The notes under the pieces: model-generated | Database searches by the model: none | What the model saw: the letters and a program-made list of their open reading frames with translations, nothing else | What the model was told of the DNA's origin: nothing | DNA from: Kondoa subrosea | Taxonomy: Eukaryota | Direction: 5' to 3' | Assembly (NCBI GenBank): GCA_039545335.1 | Contig: BCIN01000001.1 | Coordinates: forward strand, 2,043,129-2,107,128 | Length of the DNA stretch: 64,000 bases | Shown here: in pieces, positions 40,001-52,309 of the stretch | How positions within the stretch are numbered: position 1 is the stretch's first letter | Layout of the letters: each line of letters opens with the position of its first letter | Translations under genes and position numbers: made by a program

Positions 40001-41374
40001 ATACCGGTCAGTAGGTTGACAGCTATCAGGTGCCTATCTGATATTGTTACTTCTGACGACAGGTCGAGACATCAACATGGAAATTTCTAGGGTAGAAGGC
40101 TACCGTCATTTCTGCAACAAGCTCTGGAATGCAACTCGATTCGCTATGCTTAAATTAGGCGATGGATTTACTCCAGCTCAAGTAAGTGCGATCCCTCGAT
40201 GAAGATTAGAGCTGACTCGTTTCCTTCCAGCCTCGTCAGACGCCATCGACTCTTGTAGAACGATGGGCACTCGATCGCTTGAGTACAGCATCGAAGCTCA
40301 CCAATGATGCTCTTGCGGCCCGGAACTTCATGGCAGCAACATCAGCAGCCTATAACTTCTGGCTATATGAGCTGTGCGATGTCTACATTGTTCGTGCTGA
40401 GGTTGGCATGCTATAAAATAGCTGATGTGCTCCATGACTATCGAACAGGAAGCTATGAAGCCAATGACCGATGAAAGTGCTTCGGCAGAAATGCGCTCAT
40501 CAGCACAAAATACCCTCTACCACTGCTTAGATATGGGTCTTCGACTTCTTCATCCCTTCATGCCTTTCGTGACAGAAGAATTGTGGCAGCGACTGCCGCG
40601 ACTGCCGAATGATTCAACGCCTTCAATCAGTCTAGCATCTTTCCCAGTGCATGTAAGTCGTCAGCCAGATTGCTACAATCGACGCTCATGTTGAACACAG
40701 CAACCTCAAATGATCAGCGCAGAAGTTCAAGCTCAGTTCGCCTTGGTATTCAATGTAGTAAAGAATATGCGATCTCTAGCAGGCCAGTACAATATTCTCT
40801 CCGGCACAGAAAGTGAGCTTGCTTACCATCAGATACTGCTGAATGCTCATCTTCTGCCAGCATACGTCCAATGTAACTCTTCGGCTGACCGAGATCTCAT
40901 AGCTCGAGAAGTGCCCACAATTATGGCTCTGACAAAAGGCTCGCAGTCTGTTGAAGCTGTATCGAAGCGAGAAGATGTGCCTGTTGGCTGTATCTCGGAG
41001 TCTGTATCATCGGAAGTGATAGTCCATCTGGTTGTAAAGGTTCGTAGGATGCCTCTTTCAGCTGGTTGACAGGCTGAAGCTTTGCGTTGACAAACAGGGC
41101 AAGATTGATGTAGACGCTGAAGTGAATAAGATCAACAAGAAGAAAGTACTGGCGGAAACAACAGTGGAAAAGATGATTTTGCAATCTCAAGCACCGGAAT
41201 ACGAAACCAAAATTCCTCTAGCAGTGAGGGAAAAGAATGCAGAAAAGCTCAAAGAGTTGCAATCTGAGATTGTCAACTTGAGCGAATCATTAGTCAGTTG
41301 CGTTTCTACGTCAAGAAGGGAACCAAAATGCTGATGTGCCAACAATCCAGGAAAAGTTCAAGTTATTGGCATAG
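37060..41374 (+). CDS. VAS1: Valyl-tRNA synthetase (probable mitochondrial + cytosolic isoforms)
   Basis: [58 protein letters not shown]. Confidence 0.97.
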
Positions 41375-41444
41375 AATTTTCGTTGCAATGCTCTAATATA
41401 CGAGCTTCCATTCATCGTGACTTTCTAGTGATCCTTGATGCCCT

Positions 41445-42690
41445 CTATCTATCAATGTCACTGTTTGCAAACTCGTTAGAGCAATACCACAAAGCAAAGA
41501 ATGAAACGTACGAAACCAGTTCAAACTGCCCTTTGATGTTCTCTTTCCACAATGTGATGCGTCCATCACCACAGCTGACAGCCAAAACGGCACCAGAAAC
41601 AGACCAAGAAAGCCTATATACTGTATCTGGGAAAGTTGACCCGCTGCTCGAGCCAGTCGATTGTGGATCTAGAATGACTTTAGACCATGTTTGAGCTGCG
41701 TTTGGTGCTGAATCGTTGATATGAATGATGACAGTTTTGTCCTGTATTTCTCACCTTTTAGCAGGTTTTCTATATAGGAACCACTAGAGCAAGAACTCAC
41801 TTGAGAAGCCGAAGCGAGATAAGTTCTTGGCAATCCAACATTAGGTGCCCAAGCCACATCCCTGACCCAATCCGAATGCCCATCCAGAGATTCTTCCTCG
41901 ACCCATTCTTTTGATTCTTCTTTCCAACCCCAAACTTTTACAACCGAATCACATCCTCCAGTAGCGAATCTCTTGACGTGTTGAGGATGATTGTTGCCTT
42001 GTTGCTGTTGATTTTGAGATGGTCGAACGAGAGAAGAAGGGTGGACTGCTGGTGCCCATGAGATGGAGTTGACGCCAACTGGATGAGCTACGAAAAGTGA
42101 TGCATCCCAAGCTCCGTCATCTGCAATCATTTGCTTAGTCCTTATTACCGCCAATATGGAGCAAACTTACTATTGAAGGACAAAATAGAGACTTTGCCAT
42201 CTGAAGAGGCGCAAGCTAAGATAGCACCAAGTTCATGAGGTGCCCAAGCGAGCGAGTTGACTGATTAACATGCGAAAGACACGTCAATTGACCCAGTCTG
42301 AGCTTCCGAGAATGGGAGACACGTACCAGAAGCATTGTGTAAAGTATGTTCTTTGATCTTTTCCCATTTCCCTCCTGTTGCACCTTCGCGCCAAACAATA
42401 ACTTTACCATCGTAAGAGCAGGAAGCGATGATGTTACTGAATTTCGGGTGAGCCCAAGAAACTTGCCAAACAGGTCCATCATGACCATGTAAAGTATCAA
42501 TCAGCTTGTACTGTTGCTGTTGACCTCCTGCTACAGCTTGTGCCCCATTACTGTCGTTCCCAGTAGAGGTACAGTCGTAGATTTTGATTGTTCGGTCACT
42601 TGAACAGCATGCAAGCATACTACCGCTCCAATTCAATTGGGCATCATGTATGGAATCCGTAAAGTCTGTTGAGATCTGTGATGAAGCCAT
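41445..42690 (-). CDS. SEC13: COPII/nuclear pore WD40 protein Sec13
   Basis: [44 protein letters not shown]. Confidence 0.95.
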
Positions 42691-42769
42691 GGCTACAGGG
42701 CGGGCCTAGATTGTGCTGAATGGCTGAGTTGGGTCAACCTAGCACAACCAAGATCTCTCGAAAGCAGGA

Positions 42770-44427
42770 ATGGTAAGACTCTGCCTTGCAGCTTGTACCA
42801 TCTCTGACAAGGCTCTAACAGGAAGCTCTGTTTTTCAATGCCGATTCTGGGCTCTTAGAAGTCAGTTCTCGTCTCTCAGATCTTGCAATGTTGGAAATGC
42901 TCAATCTCAGGCTCACCACAGGGCATCGTCAGAGGCTACAAAGCTGGTCTGCTTACTACGAATCATTACTCGAATCTGACACAATGCGAGAACCTCGATG
43001 GTATGTTCGCGCTCCTGTTCTCGCGAATCCAAGGCCCTTGCTGAATTGCTTGCTTGTATTGACAGACATCAAGCTTCAGCTATCTGCTACTGACTATGGC
43101 AACTTCTTAGCTAGTGAACCTTCTCCTTTAGCTACTTCTACTATCGCAGAAAAAGCAACAGCGAAACTGGTTGACGAATTCAATTTCATTCGATCCAACG
43201 CAGAGGGCGATCTCTCGCGTTTCTTGGAGTACATGACGTGAGTCCAATGATAGCCTTCTGTTAGTCCTTCGCTTATTCCTCGTCTAGTTATGCCTATATG
43301 ATCGATAATGTATGGTCGCACCAATCGCTTGCCACTAATCGATCACTCATTATTGACGAAAGGTCATTCTTCTCATCACTGGAACACTGCATGAAAGGGA
43401 TACGCATGAGCTACTGGAGCGCTGTCATCCCCTAGGCGTTTTCGATACTATGCCCGCTCTTTGCGTTGCAACGAACGTCGAAGAACTTTACAACACAGTT
43501 TTAGTAGAAACACCTCTTGGTATGTGCCTGCTGGATGTACTGTATATTTCGTATACTTATTCTTCCGCCGGCCTTACAGCACCCTATTTCAGAGATTGCC
43601 TTTCGGCAGCAGATTTGGATGAACTCAATATCGAAATCATTCGCAACACGCTTTATAAATCCTATTTAGAAGATTTCCATTCTTACTGCATGTCACTCGG
43701 TTCACCAACATCAGAAGTAATGGATTCCATTCTTTCTTTTGAAGCTGATCGAAGAACCATCAACATTACAGTCAATTCACTAGGTACAGCTTTAAGTAAA
43801 GAACAAAGAGCTGGTTTATTTCCTGCTTTGGGTAAATTGTGGCCTGCTGGAAATAATGCTTTGGCGAGAGCGGATGAAGTGGATCAAGTGAAACAGGTTG
43901 TGGAAATGGTTCCTGAATACAGAGAGTTCTTCACTTCATCGTCAACGAATGCTAGGAGTGGTGCTGAGGAGGATGATGGATTATCAGGAGGTGTAGCTGA
44001 GAATTTGGAAGATCATTTCTTCAAGGTTGGTTTCCGTTTTATTCGCTATCGAATATGCAGGAGAGCTGATGATGTATCGCAGACGGAAGTTCATTTGAAT
44101 AAGTTGGCCTTCTTGCAGCAGTTCCAATGTTAGTCAATCTTTGCGATCTTGTTGTGGAAAGATTGTTAACACAGCATTTCATCATAGACGGCGTCTTCTA
44201 CAGCTATTTCAAGCTCAAGGAGCAAGAGGTATGTTGGTGGAGTATGGATTTGCTGTAGATATAGTTGATCTCACTTCTTTCGGCGTACAGATTCGTAACA
44301 TTGTTTGGGTCAGCGAATGCATTCAGCAAAACGCAAAGGAGCGCATCAATGAGTGAGTGGACAGCTCTGCTTTGCTACGTGTAGCTGAGACAGATGTGAC
44401 ACTCACAGCTACATCCCTACTTTCTGA
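42770..44427 (+). CDS. VMA6: V-type proton ATPase subunit d
   Basis: [63 protein letters not shown]. Confidence 0.96.
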
Positions 44428-44781
44428 TAAGATCTACAAGCGAGGAGTTGTAAGCCTTGATGGGGACACTGTGGGCCGCACACTTCTTAGTAGCTTGCAT
44501 ACTACATCTGTATATAGTCTCGTGTCCGCTGCTTACGTACACAAGATCTTGCAACCATCATCGGAATCTCATCCATCTTGTCTTGTACCACGGCTTTGAT
44601 CTTGAATCTTGGTCTCACACCGCGACAGTAGCCTTGTGCTCTGGTATCTATACGTCCATACATTTGAGGCTGCGATAGCTGCCTTCTCGCTGTTGCCAGG
44701 AATCCCTTGTTCTGACTGGATTCACATTGCGGCCGCTCGATCTAGCGGATCCGCTTGTCGAGCTGTTGCTGATCAGTCACG

Positions 44782-46087
44782 ATGAATGCAGTACGTTGCC
44801 ATCTAGACTACTTGAATCCATCGTTTAACCAGTGTCATCAATCTCAGAATCTGTCCTTGAAGGAATTAATGGCACAAGCTAAAACGCTACCTCCTAAAGC
44901 TATACCTAGTCAAAAGTCAAAAGTACAAGAGCAAGAAGCAGCTCAGCAAGCTGCTTTAGCGCGTAAGAAAGAACAAGAAGCTCGAGAACGCAAAGCTAGG
45001 GAAGAGAAGAAGCGTAAAGAGTTGGAAGAGGCAGAGAGAAAGGTTCAAGAACGATTGAAAGCTCAGGAAGAGAGTAGACGAATTGCTGCTCTAGCTAGGG
45101 AAAGGGCTGAAGCACCGACTTCGTCTGGAGGATCAACCAGTTCAAAGGTTTATTTGCTGAAGCACTGCAAGGCTCGATGAGGTCTGATTAGATTTTGATG
45201 CATTGTAGGCTCAACAAGAGGCTGTCAAATCGTCTCGCTTGGAGAAGCAAAAGAACTGGAAACGCAAGCTCTTTGAAGATGACGATGATGTACCTACAAC
45301 CTATGGCGCCCGACCGAAAGCTTCTGCTTCACCAAAGAAAGCTTTACCAGGTCGCGTAGGATCATCTTCATCTACCACTGCCGCAGTCAAAGCAGTCATT
45401 GACGCTCGAGGCAAATCCACGACCGATTTGAAAGGGAAGGCAGCTTTGATTGCCAATTTCAACACGGAAGTCACAGCTATCCCTCGCGTTCACAAAGATC
45501 GTCGAACTATAGAAGAAATGGACATAGCACGAAAGAATCGTAAACTTGGTTTGATTGCTCCATCAATGTCTAGAACCGGAAGCAACGGCAGCAACGCTTC
45601 TTCTTCTAGTACTACTATACCTCAAGCCTCTACTTCTACTTCCAATGTGGCAACAAAGAAGCCTGCCGATGCTGTAAAGAAATCAATCAATGGTTTGAAT
45701 TCACTTTCCTTTAAACCTAAAGAGAATACTACCAAACCTTCACCTCAAACTTCGGTTCGAAACCTTCCCTCTCCTGCCAAGAAACGTAAAGTCCAGGTAG
45801 ACGAATATGAACAAGATGCGGAAGATGATTTCGCAGATGGATATAGACCTGGAGCGATTTATGCTTCAATGAGAAGAGGAAGAGATCTCAAACGTGGTGG
45901 TGAGATCAGTGATAGCGAGGAATATAGTAGTGACGATATGGAAGCTGGTGCTCTTGATTTGGAAATGGAGGAAAGAAGAGCGGCAAGAATCTCGAGAATG
46001 GAAGATAAAGCTGAAGAACTGAAAGAGAAGAAAGCAGCTATTGAGAAGCAGAAAAGGTTGGCTGCAGCAGGTTTCAAGAAGAAGTGA
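44782..46087 (+). CDS. SPT2: Chromatin protein Spt2-like
   Basis: Coiled-coil N-terminus, DRRTIEE, C-terminal SDDMEAGALDLEMEERRAARISRMEDKAEE motif. Confidence 0.8.
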
Positions 46088-46276
46088 AGACCAGCGTCTT
46101 GGCATATCGAAGAGAGGAAGAGGAGAAACATATTCGCACGCACGCACATCGTTTTATCATTTGTTCAGTTACATTTCATAGATAGTCTTACTTGTGCATT
46201 GCATTCATTCATATTCAGTCTGACCTCAATGAGTATTCTATGATTTCGAAGTTAGTGTCTCTTTCGACAAGCGCCA

Positions 46277-47401
46277 ATGCCAAACCCTCGCTGTTTCCTG
46301 GACATCTCGATTGGCGAGCAGCAGCTCGGAAGGTAATCATCCAGCTCAGACTCGCTGTGTACTACTAATGCTCTTCATTAGAATCGTCTTCGAATTGTTT
46401 GCAGACAAGAATCCGAGGACAGCTGAAAAGTGAGGCCTTTGATCTGGCTGTGACTGTCACAGCTCAGAGCATATGTGCAGCTTCCGATGTCTTTGTACTG
46501 GCGAGAGAGGATCATCAGCGGCAACAGGCAAACCGCTATCTTACAAAGGAGCACCACTGCATCGGATCATACCAGGCTTCATGATTCAAGGAGGTGACAC
46601 GACGCTAGGGAACGGGAAAGGAGGTGAATCTATCTATGGAGCAACATTCGAAGATGAGAACCTCGATATACCGCTCGATTCTCAAGGATTGCTTTGCATG
46701 GCTAACAGAGGACCTGATACGAACTCTTCGCAATGGTTCATTACTCTTGCTGCATGTCCACACTTAGCAGGCAAGCACGTTGTTTTCGGACGAGTAGTCT
46801 CTGGTACCTCTCTCTCTAAAACTCGCGTTGAGCCTTCTTAACTTGCTACTAGGTATGCCACTGGTGGAATCAACGCTCGCCAATGTTTCAACAGATGCTA
46901 AAGATCGACCTCTTGAGCGAGTAATCATTTCGCATTGCGGCGAGTTAGAATTGAGAAAGAAAGCGCCTGTTCCAGCTCGCAGTGCGTTGCCTTTCTTTCT
47001 GCTCTGGATATGAGGCTGATCACTTGATAGGTCCATCTCGTTCTGTATCACCTGCAAGATCAGACGCTTCTTCTTCTGCTTCATCATCACATAAGAAACG
47101 GAAACATCGCTCAAAGGACAAAAAGTCAAAAAAGAAGAAACATCGTCGATCTGCTTCACCTGCACCAAGACCAACGGAAGAAGAATTAGCTGCTGCTAGA
47201 AGACAACAAGAAGCTGCTGAAGAAGAAGAAAGGAGAATGGAAGAAGAAAGAAGGAGAGCTGAAGCGCAAAGAAAGCGAGAATTAGAGAGGATCAGAGAAC
47301 GTTTGGGTGGACAAAAGGATACTGGTGTTATTCTGAAAGGTCGTGGTACTATGAAGTATGATGACAGAGCAGGTCGGAGTGGGATGCGAGGTTGGGACTA
47401 A
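46277..47401 (+). CDS. Cyclophilin-type PPIase with basic/charged C-terminal tail
   Basis: [67 protein letters not shown]. Confidence 0.93.
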
Positions 47402-47714
47402 AGAGTCGGATCGCGATGTCGTAGCTGCTTCTAATTTGCAACAACTGCCTGTCTGTCGAATGAGCACTCGGTGTTTCGCTGCAGCAATTGCAATGGTACC
47501 GTCCTGACCATTTGAACTTCTCAGCTCGCTCGGATTGCATCCCTTACTTGACGCGTCGTATTGGGCAGCTGCGCACTGCAGGGCTACTGTTTTCGCACCA
47601 TATACGCTGACATCGATCAATACGTCGACGATGTTGTTTTCGTACAAAGTTCGTCGACGCGTTTCCTTCTCTTCCCAAACTTCCAGCTCGTGCTTGACAG
47701 TCTCTCATATAAGT

Positions 47715-49000
47715 ATGTCTAGTAGCTCTGGCTCTTCTCGCGACTCGTCCCCTCCCTCTTGCAATGAAGATATCTCCTCAGACTTGAATGGACTTCTTTT
47801 GGTGCAATTTGGTTCCGAATCCATCCTTATTCACAAGAAGTCTACTCTTCGACACACCATCGGCCTAGCGCTGTGCGAATTTGATGCACCTCCGGATGCA
47901 GATGCACGCGACTATCACTTTATCTACCAGCTGTTCGGGTTGAATGCAAGAGTAACGGAATCTGCTTTCGAAGCTTTGGTGTATGGGAAGGCGTTGAAGG
48001 TGCAATTGGTGCGAACGGCCAGCAATCGATCCAAACCTGGTCGAAAGGTCTTTCTAGCTATTGGCAAAGATTGCTCCACATCGAAGGGCAAAGCGCATAC
48101 AGCAGATTTCCACAATACGATACTCAGAAAGATCCTTCACCTGATCGAGTGGCTGCAACTGAATGTGCTTCCAATGCTTGTAGATGAAGGCTACAGCTCT
48201 CAAGTCTGTCCAAAACAAGATTGTCTGCGGTCTCCGAAGAAGGATTGGCGAGATTTTATAGATGATGAAGTTGGTACAGATTGGATAAGATCTAAGTGAG
48301 ATGGATTGGACTGTTCGAGTAAAGATGTATCTGATACATGGTACAGGATGGACAAACCGGTTTGGATCGACTCGAAGGGTGTCTGTCAAAGGGTGTTGCA
48401 GTGTGAAAACTGCTGTTGCGCTTACAATCGCGATCTATCGGCGGCCAGTAACATCGCTTTCATAGCATGGCACTGGCTGCTATGGGGTTGTCATCCCTTC
48501 AAAGGACAAAAAGGTACGCGTGTCCTTTTCAAAGTTACACCGCAGATGCATTGATCGGCCGTATTGATGATCTCTCCTCCAGGAATTTCGGCACAGAATA
48601 CTGTGCCGCCGGCGGTAAACCCGCCATCATATTGAACGGATTTCATCACTTATTGGTTACTTTTGCTGAACAAGCATTCGCATATCGCCCTTCGCTTCTT
48701 ACCTCAAGATGAATACGAGCAATCTGCACCTCTTAAAGTTGAACCGAAACCTGAAGTAGTCACGAGAGTATTTATGCTTTTCAAAGGGTTGAAGCAATTT
48801 GAGGTAGAAAGCGGAGATTGGGCAGCGGTAAGAGGGAAAGGACTGGACATGGATTGGAGATCAATAGTAGGCTTGCAAGAGTCAGCCCTCGATGAAAGCC
48901 TGTTCCGGGTACTTGAATGTGAGTCCGTTCTAAAGATATTTGGCTGCGAAAATAATTTGGTAACTGACTATTAGGGGGAGGAGTGGAGTGCTATGTGTGA
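47715..49000 (+). CDS. Chimeric gene or pseudogene: host N-terminal domain + Fanzor/TnpB-like RuvC-II/Zn-finger/RuvC-III + C-terminus of a fungal ubiquitin-associated family
   Basis: Candidate exons 47715-48295, 48347-48513, 48583-48614, 48675-48918, 48975-49000 give an open 349-aa frame; an alternative form stops at TGA 48633-48635. Confidence 0.6.
48040..48513 (+). mobile_element. Fanzor/TnpB-derived C-terminal nuclease fragment
   Basis: VFLAIG strand, LVDEGYSSQVCPKQDC, RVLQCENC, YNRDLSAASNI, W..HPF in the TnpB/Fanzor order; no RuvC-I DPG/DLG motif upstream. Confidence 0.8.
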
Positions 49001-49754
49001 GGGGCAGTTCAATATATTGATCTCCTTCGCTGCAGATTCTAAAGACAGGAAGAGAGTATAATTTGCGCTTGATTTGTATTGTCCTTCAGCAGAGACGAGG
49101 AGGAGTGAATTACTTGGTTTGGAAGATGGATGAGAAGGAGGATGGAAAAGGAATCGAAACGTTTATCACACATAGCATGCAAAGAAACACTTAGGCCCCC
49201 TTCATAAAGCCCTTGTAGTACTAAAAAGTGTGCAGCTAAATGCAGCGCCGATGAAGTCCAAACCTGCTTCACTGATTGCATGAGTCATGACTCCGAGTCG
49301 GAGTCCATCTCCTTTGCTTTCTTCCTGGTCGTCGACAGCTCGATGCGTCTACCATTAGCCTACTAGAAGGGTTGCTATCAACAACCCGTGATGTCATTGG
49401 GAGACAGCTGTTTATGCTGCAATCTGTTGGAATCTTCGTTCTGATCATTGAGTTGAAAAACGATGTTTTGCTCGCATTCGTGCTTCTTTTTCTTTTCCTG
49501 CACTGCATCCGTGCTACCATATTCTTCATACTCGATTCCCTCTGTGCTACATCTCGAAATCTGCCCTTGCCAGTCCATAGACTCGATACCGACGGTCCAT
49601 TGTTTTTCATTCTTTCATCCTGGCTTCTTCCACTCCTGCACCTCCTACTCTCGAGCACCCGGAGTTGAAAGGTCTTTCACCAAGTAGAAGTCGGCCAACT
49701 TCAGGAATTCTTGACGGTCTGATAGACTTTTCGTCACCTGATCCATCCGGACAA

Positions 49755-52165
49755 ATGGCAGCAGCAGCAGTAGTCAACAGCGGTCACATTGAGCCTCGAG
49801 CGCGCCGAGTATCTGGCGAATATCCACATAATACTATAGGCAAGCACTGCATATCATTAGATTACGAAATACAGCTTACTCCGACTTATACAGGACATTC
49901 TCAAGGAGCTAATCTCCTCAGGTCAAACCCAAACTTGTCTCGATCGCAACCAGTCTCGTCAGTACCTATGGAACGTGAACGTCGCATGTCGATCAATGAA
50001 CCATTCAACAACTTCGCTCAACGATATCCGCAAGATCCTTATCAAGTAGAACAAGAGGATGATCCTTTCCGAGAAGAGCAGCATCGGGCCGACTCCATGG
50101 AATCCAACGATCTTTCTGCTCTTGGCGATGAAGTCAGAACATATCAAGAGGGCGGAGGTCAATCTTTTCCTATGCCGCCTCATTCAAGTCAACGTCGCAA
50201 GCAATCGATCGCAAATCACGGTTTATCGGAACAAGCAGACGGACCGGACGATATCATGGATGCTGAAGCGGAAGAACGGGCGAAAAGATATGCTCAAATG
50301 TCGCCTGCCGAACAATATGCTTTGCAGGTTCGTTCAAAAGTGCTATAGACCTATAAGAATGCTGATCTGAGAAGTTGGAGCAGTCGCGTAACTATAGCGA
50401 ACAACAACAGACTCGATCGCAATCTACTGATCTCCGGACCAAGGTAATGAATTCAGCAGCTAGCAATCGTATCGCTCCCCCTGTAACTTCAGAACAAACT
50501 CGAATTGTCATCGGCATGGTTGCGCCTGCAGCTTATTCTCGAGAAGTTCTATATGATAGCAATGATGATTCGCTAGGCTCACCCTTCAAGCAAAGCAACC
50601 AATCTTTGCCTCCATCTGTTTCATACCCATCTCAACAAAACAGGAAGGAGAATACTCGCTCTCCTGCCACCACCACGGGCAGATCTCAGCAGCAGCAACA
50701 GCCACAACAGCCAGAAGAAATTTCTCGACCACCTATTACTGCTTCTGTCAAAGCTTCTAGACCCAGGAAAGTGAGCGGATCCAGCAGTTTCAGCTTAGAT
50801 GGAAGTAGTACTGGATGGTCTAAGGATGATTTGCTTGAAAGGATGGCAGAAGCATTGAAGAGGGAAAGACAGAAGAATAAAGCATATATGAGAGAACTGG
50901 TTGAGGCTGAACATGAAGTGAGTTCGACAGCCAACCTGTCTTGATACGATGCTAAGTAGTAAAACAAAGATCGATGCACTCTCTCGAATGTTGGATAACA
51001 GCAAGCAAGAAGCATCAGAAACTAATTCGAAGCATCTGCAGATCATTTCCAGCTTGCGAAGAGAACTTGAAAGAACTCGCGTGAGCCTTGAAGCAGCTCA
51101 AGATGTTGGTGCAGACGACGCCGAACGATTCTTGGATTTGCTCGAGAACCAACTGGTACCGCAGAGCAATATCTCGGGCAGACCTTCTCTGGGTCGTGCA
51201 GGAAGTCGATTTCAGGAAGAACAGGAAGCCGATACTCTGAGCATCGGAGGGAGCGTCGAAGAGCTAGCAAGTAAGAATGAAGCAGCTCTTTCACTTGGAC
51301 AGGTCGAGACTGGAGGTGTGACTGGAACAGCTCTGAAACGAAGGATGGATAGACGCAGGCGTTTAGATCAAGCGTTGAGCACGATAGCTGTGAGCTGAAG
51401 TCACCATACAAAGAAAGCTGCTGACATCTTGGTAGTCTTCTAGTCTGGCTGGTCCTGCTACTCGAGGCGATATACCTTTCCCGCCCAACAATGCGTTTGA
51501 CTCGGATGATGAGGAGCAATCTCGTCTAGGTCCATCAGAGCATAGTCTTGGTCGAGGTCCTATCTCTTCCTCGGCAGCTACGACCATAACAGTCGAAACT
51601 CAGCAAGGCAATGGTCCTTTCTCTAGCTTCTTCCGTCGTCGCTCGAACTCAGCAAGCAAAGCTCAAAGACCTGCGAATAGGCTTAGAAGAACTTCTTCAG
51701 GTCGAAGAAACTCAACCGATAATGTCACTACTGCTGAAATGATATCTGCGCCCGCTGTCCAGCAGATTGCCTCACCTGAACGAGCAGGAGGAGTCATCAA
51801 CAAAGCTAGGGCTGGAACAACTACTTCTGTTCCAGGTGCAAGGCTGTTACCTCCTACACTGAAGCTAGCTCAAGGCGAAGGGACATATGGCAGGAGGTGA
51901 GCTTTCAGATCATTGTCTTTGAAACCTACCACTGCTGATGTGCGTTGCTTGCGATTCGCAGTGCAAGCAGCGACGTGCCAAGAGGTCCGGTCACCTCACC
52001 ACCGAAAGATAGAAAGAGGAAGTCGTCCATTACTAAAATTCTGGCAATGGGTAAGCTCACTTCGTTTATGCTTAAGACTGCCAATGACCCGTGTCAATAG
52101 CTTTTCCTCGACCGGAGAAACGAGCAGACTTTGACTGGGACTCTCACGAGGCTCAGTTCCGCTGA
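49755..52165 (+). CDS. Hypothetical low-complexity/coiled-coil protein
   Basis: Long ORFs joinable by canonical introns; coiled-coil LLERMAEALKRERQKNK...LRRELER; no recognised family; start uncertain. Confidence 0.6.
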
Positions 52166-52309
52166 ATGCTGGGCGCCATATGTGCAGGTCAGGCTTGTCT
52201 GCCGCTTGAAGTCTAGTCAGGCAGTATACATTTCTAAGCTATTACAATACCCTCAAAAATCTGTTCAGTGTATGAAGAAGACTTTAGGATATATACCAAA
52301 ATATCACTA

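Noticed and set aside
45859..46149. Hydrophobic antisense ORFs (also 49372-49668 and 63622-63954)
   Set aside because: Shadow ORFs of Lys/Glu-rich coding or pyrimidine-rich non-coding sequence
47400..49270. Intact autonomous Fanzor transposon or active RNA-guided nuclease
   Set aside because: No RuvC-I motif, REC/WED region, transposase, terminal inverted repeats or target-site duplication could be identified by eye
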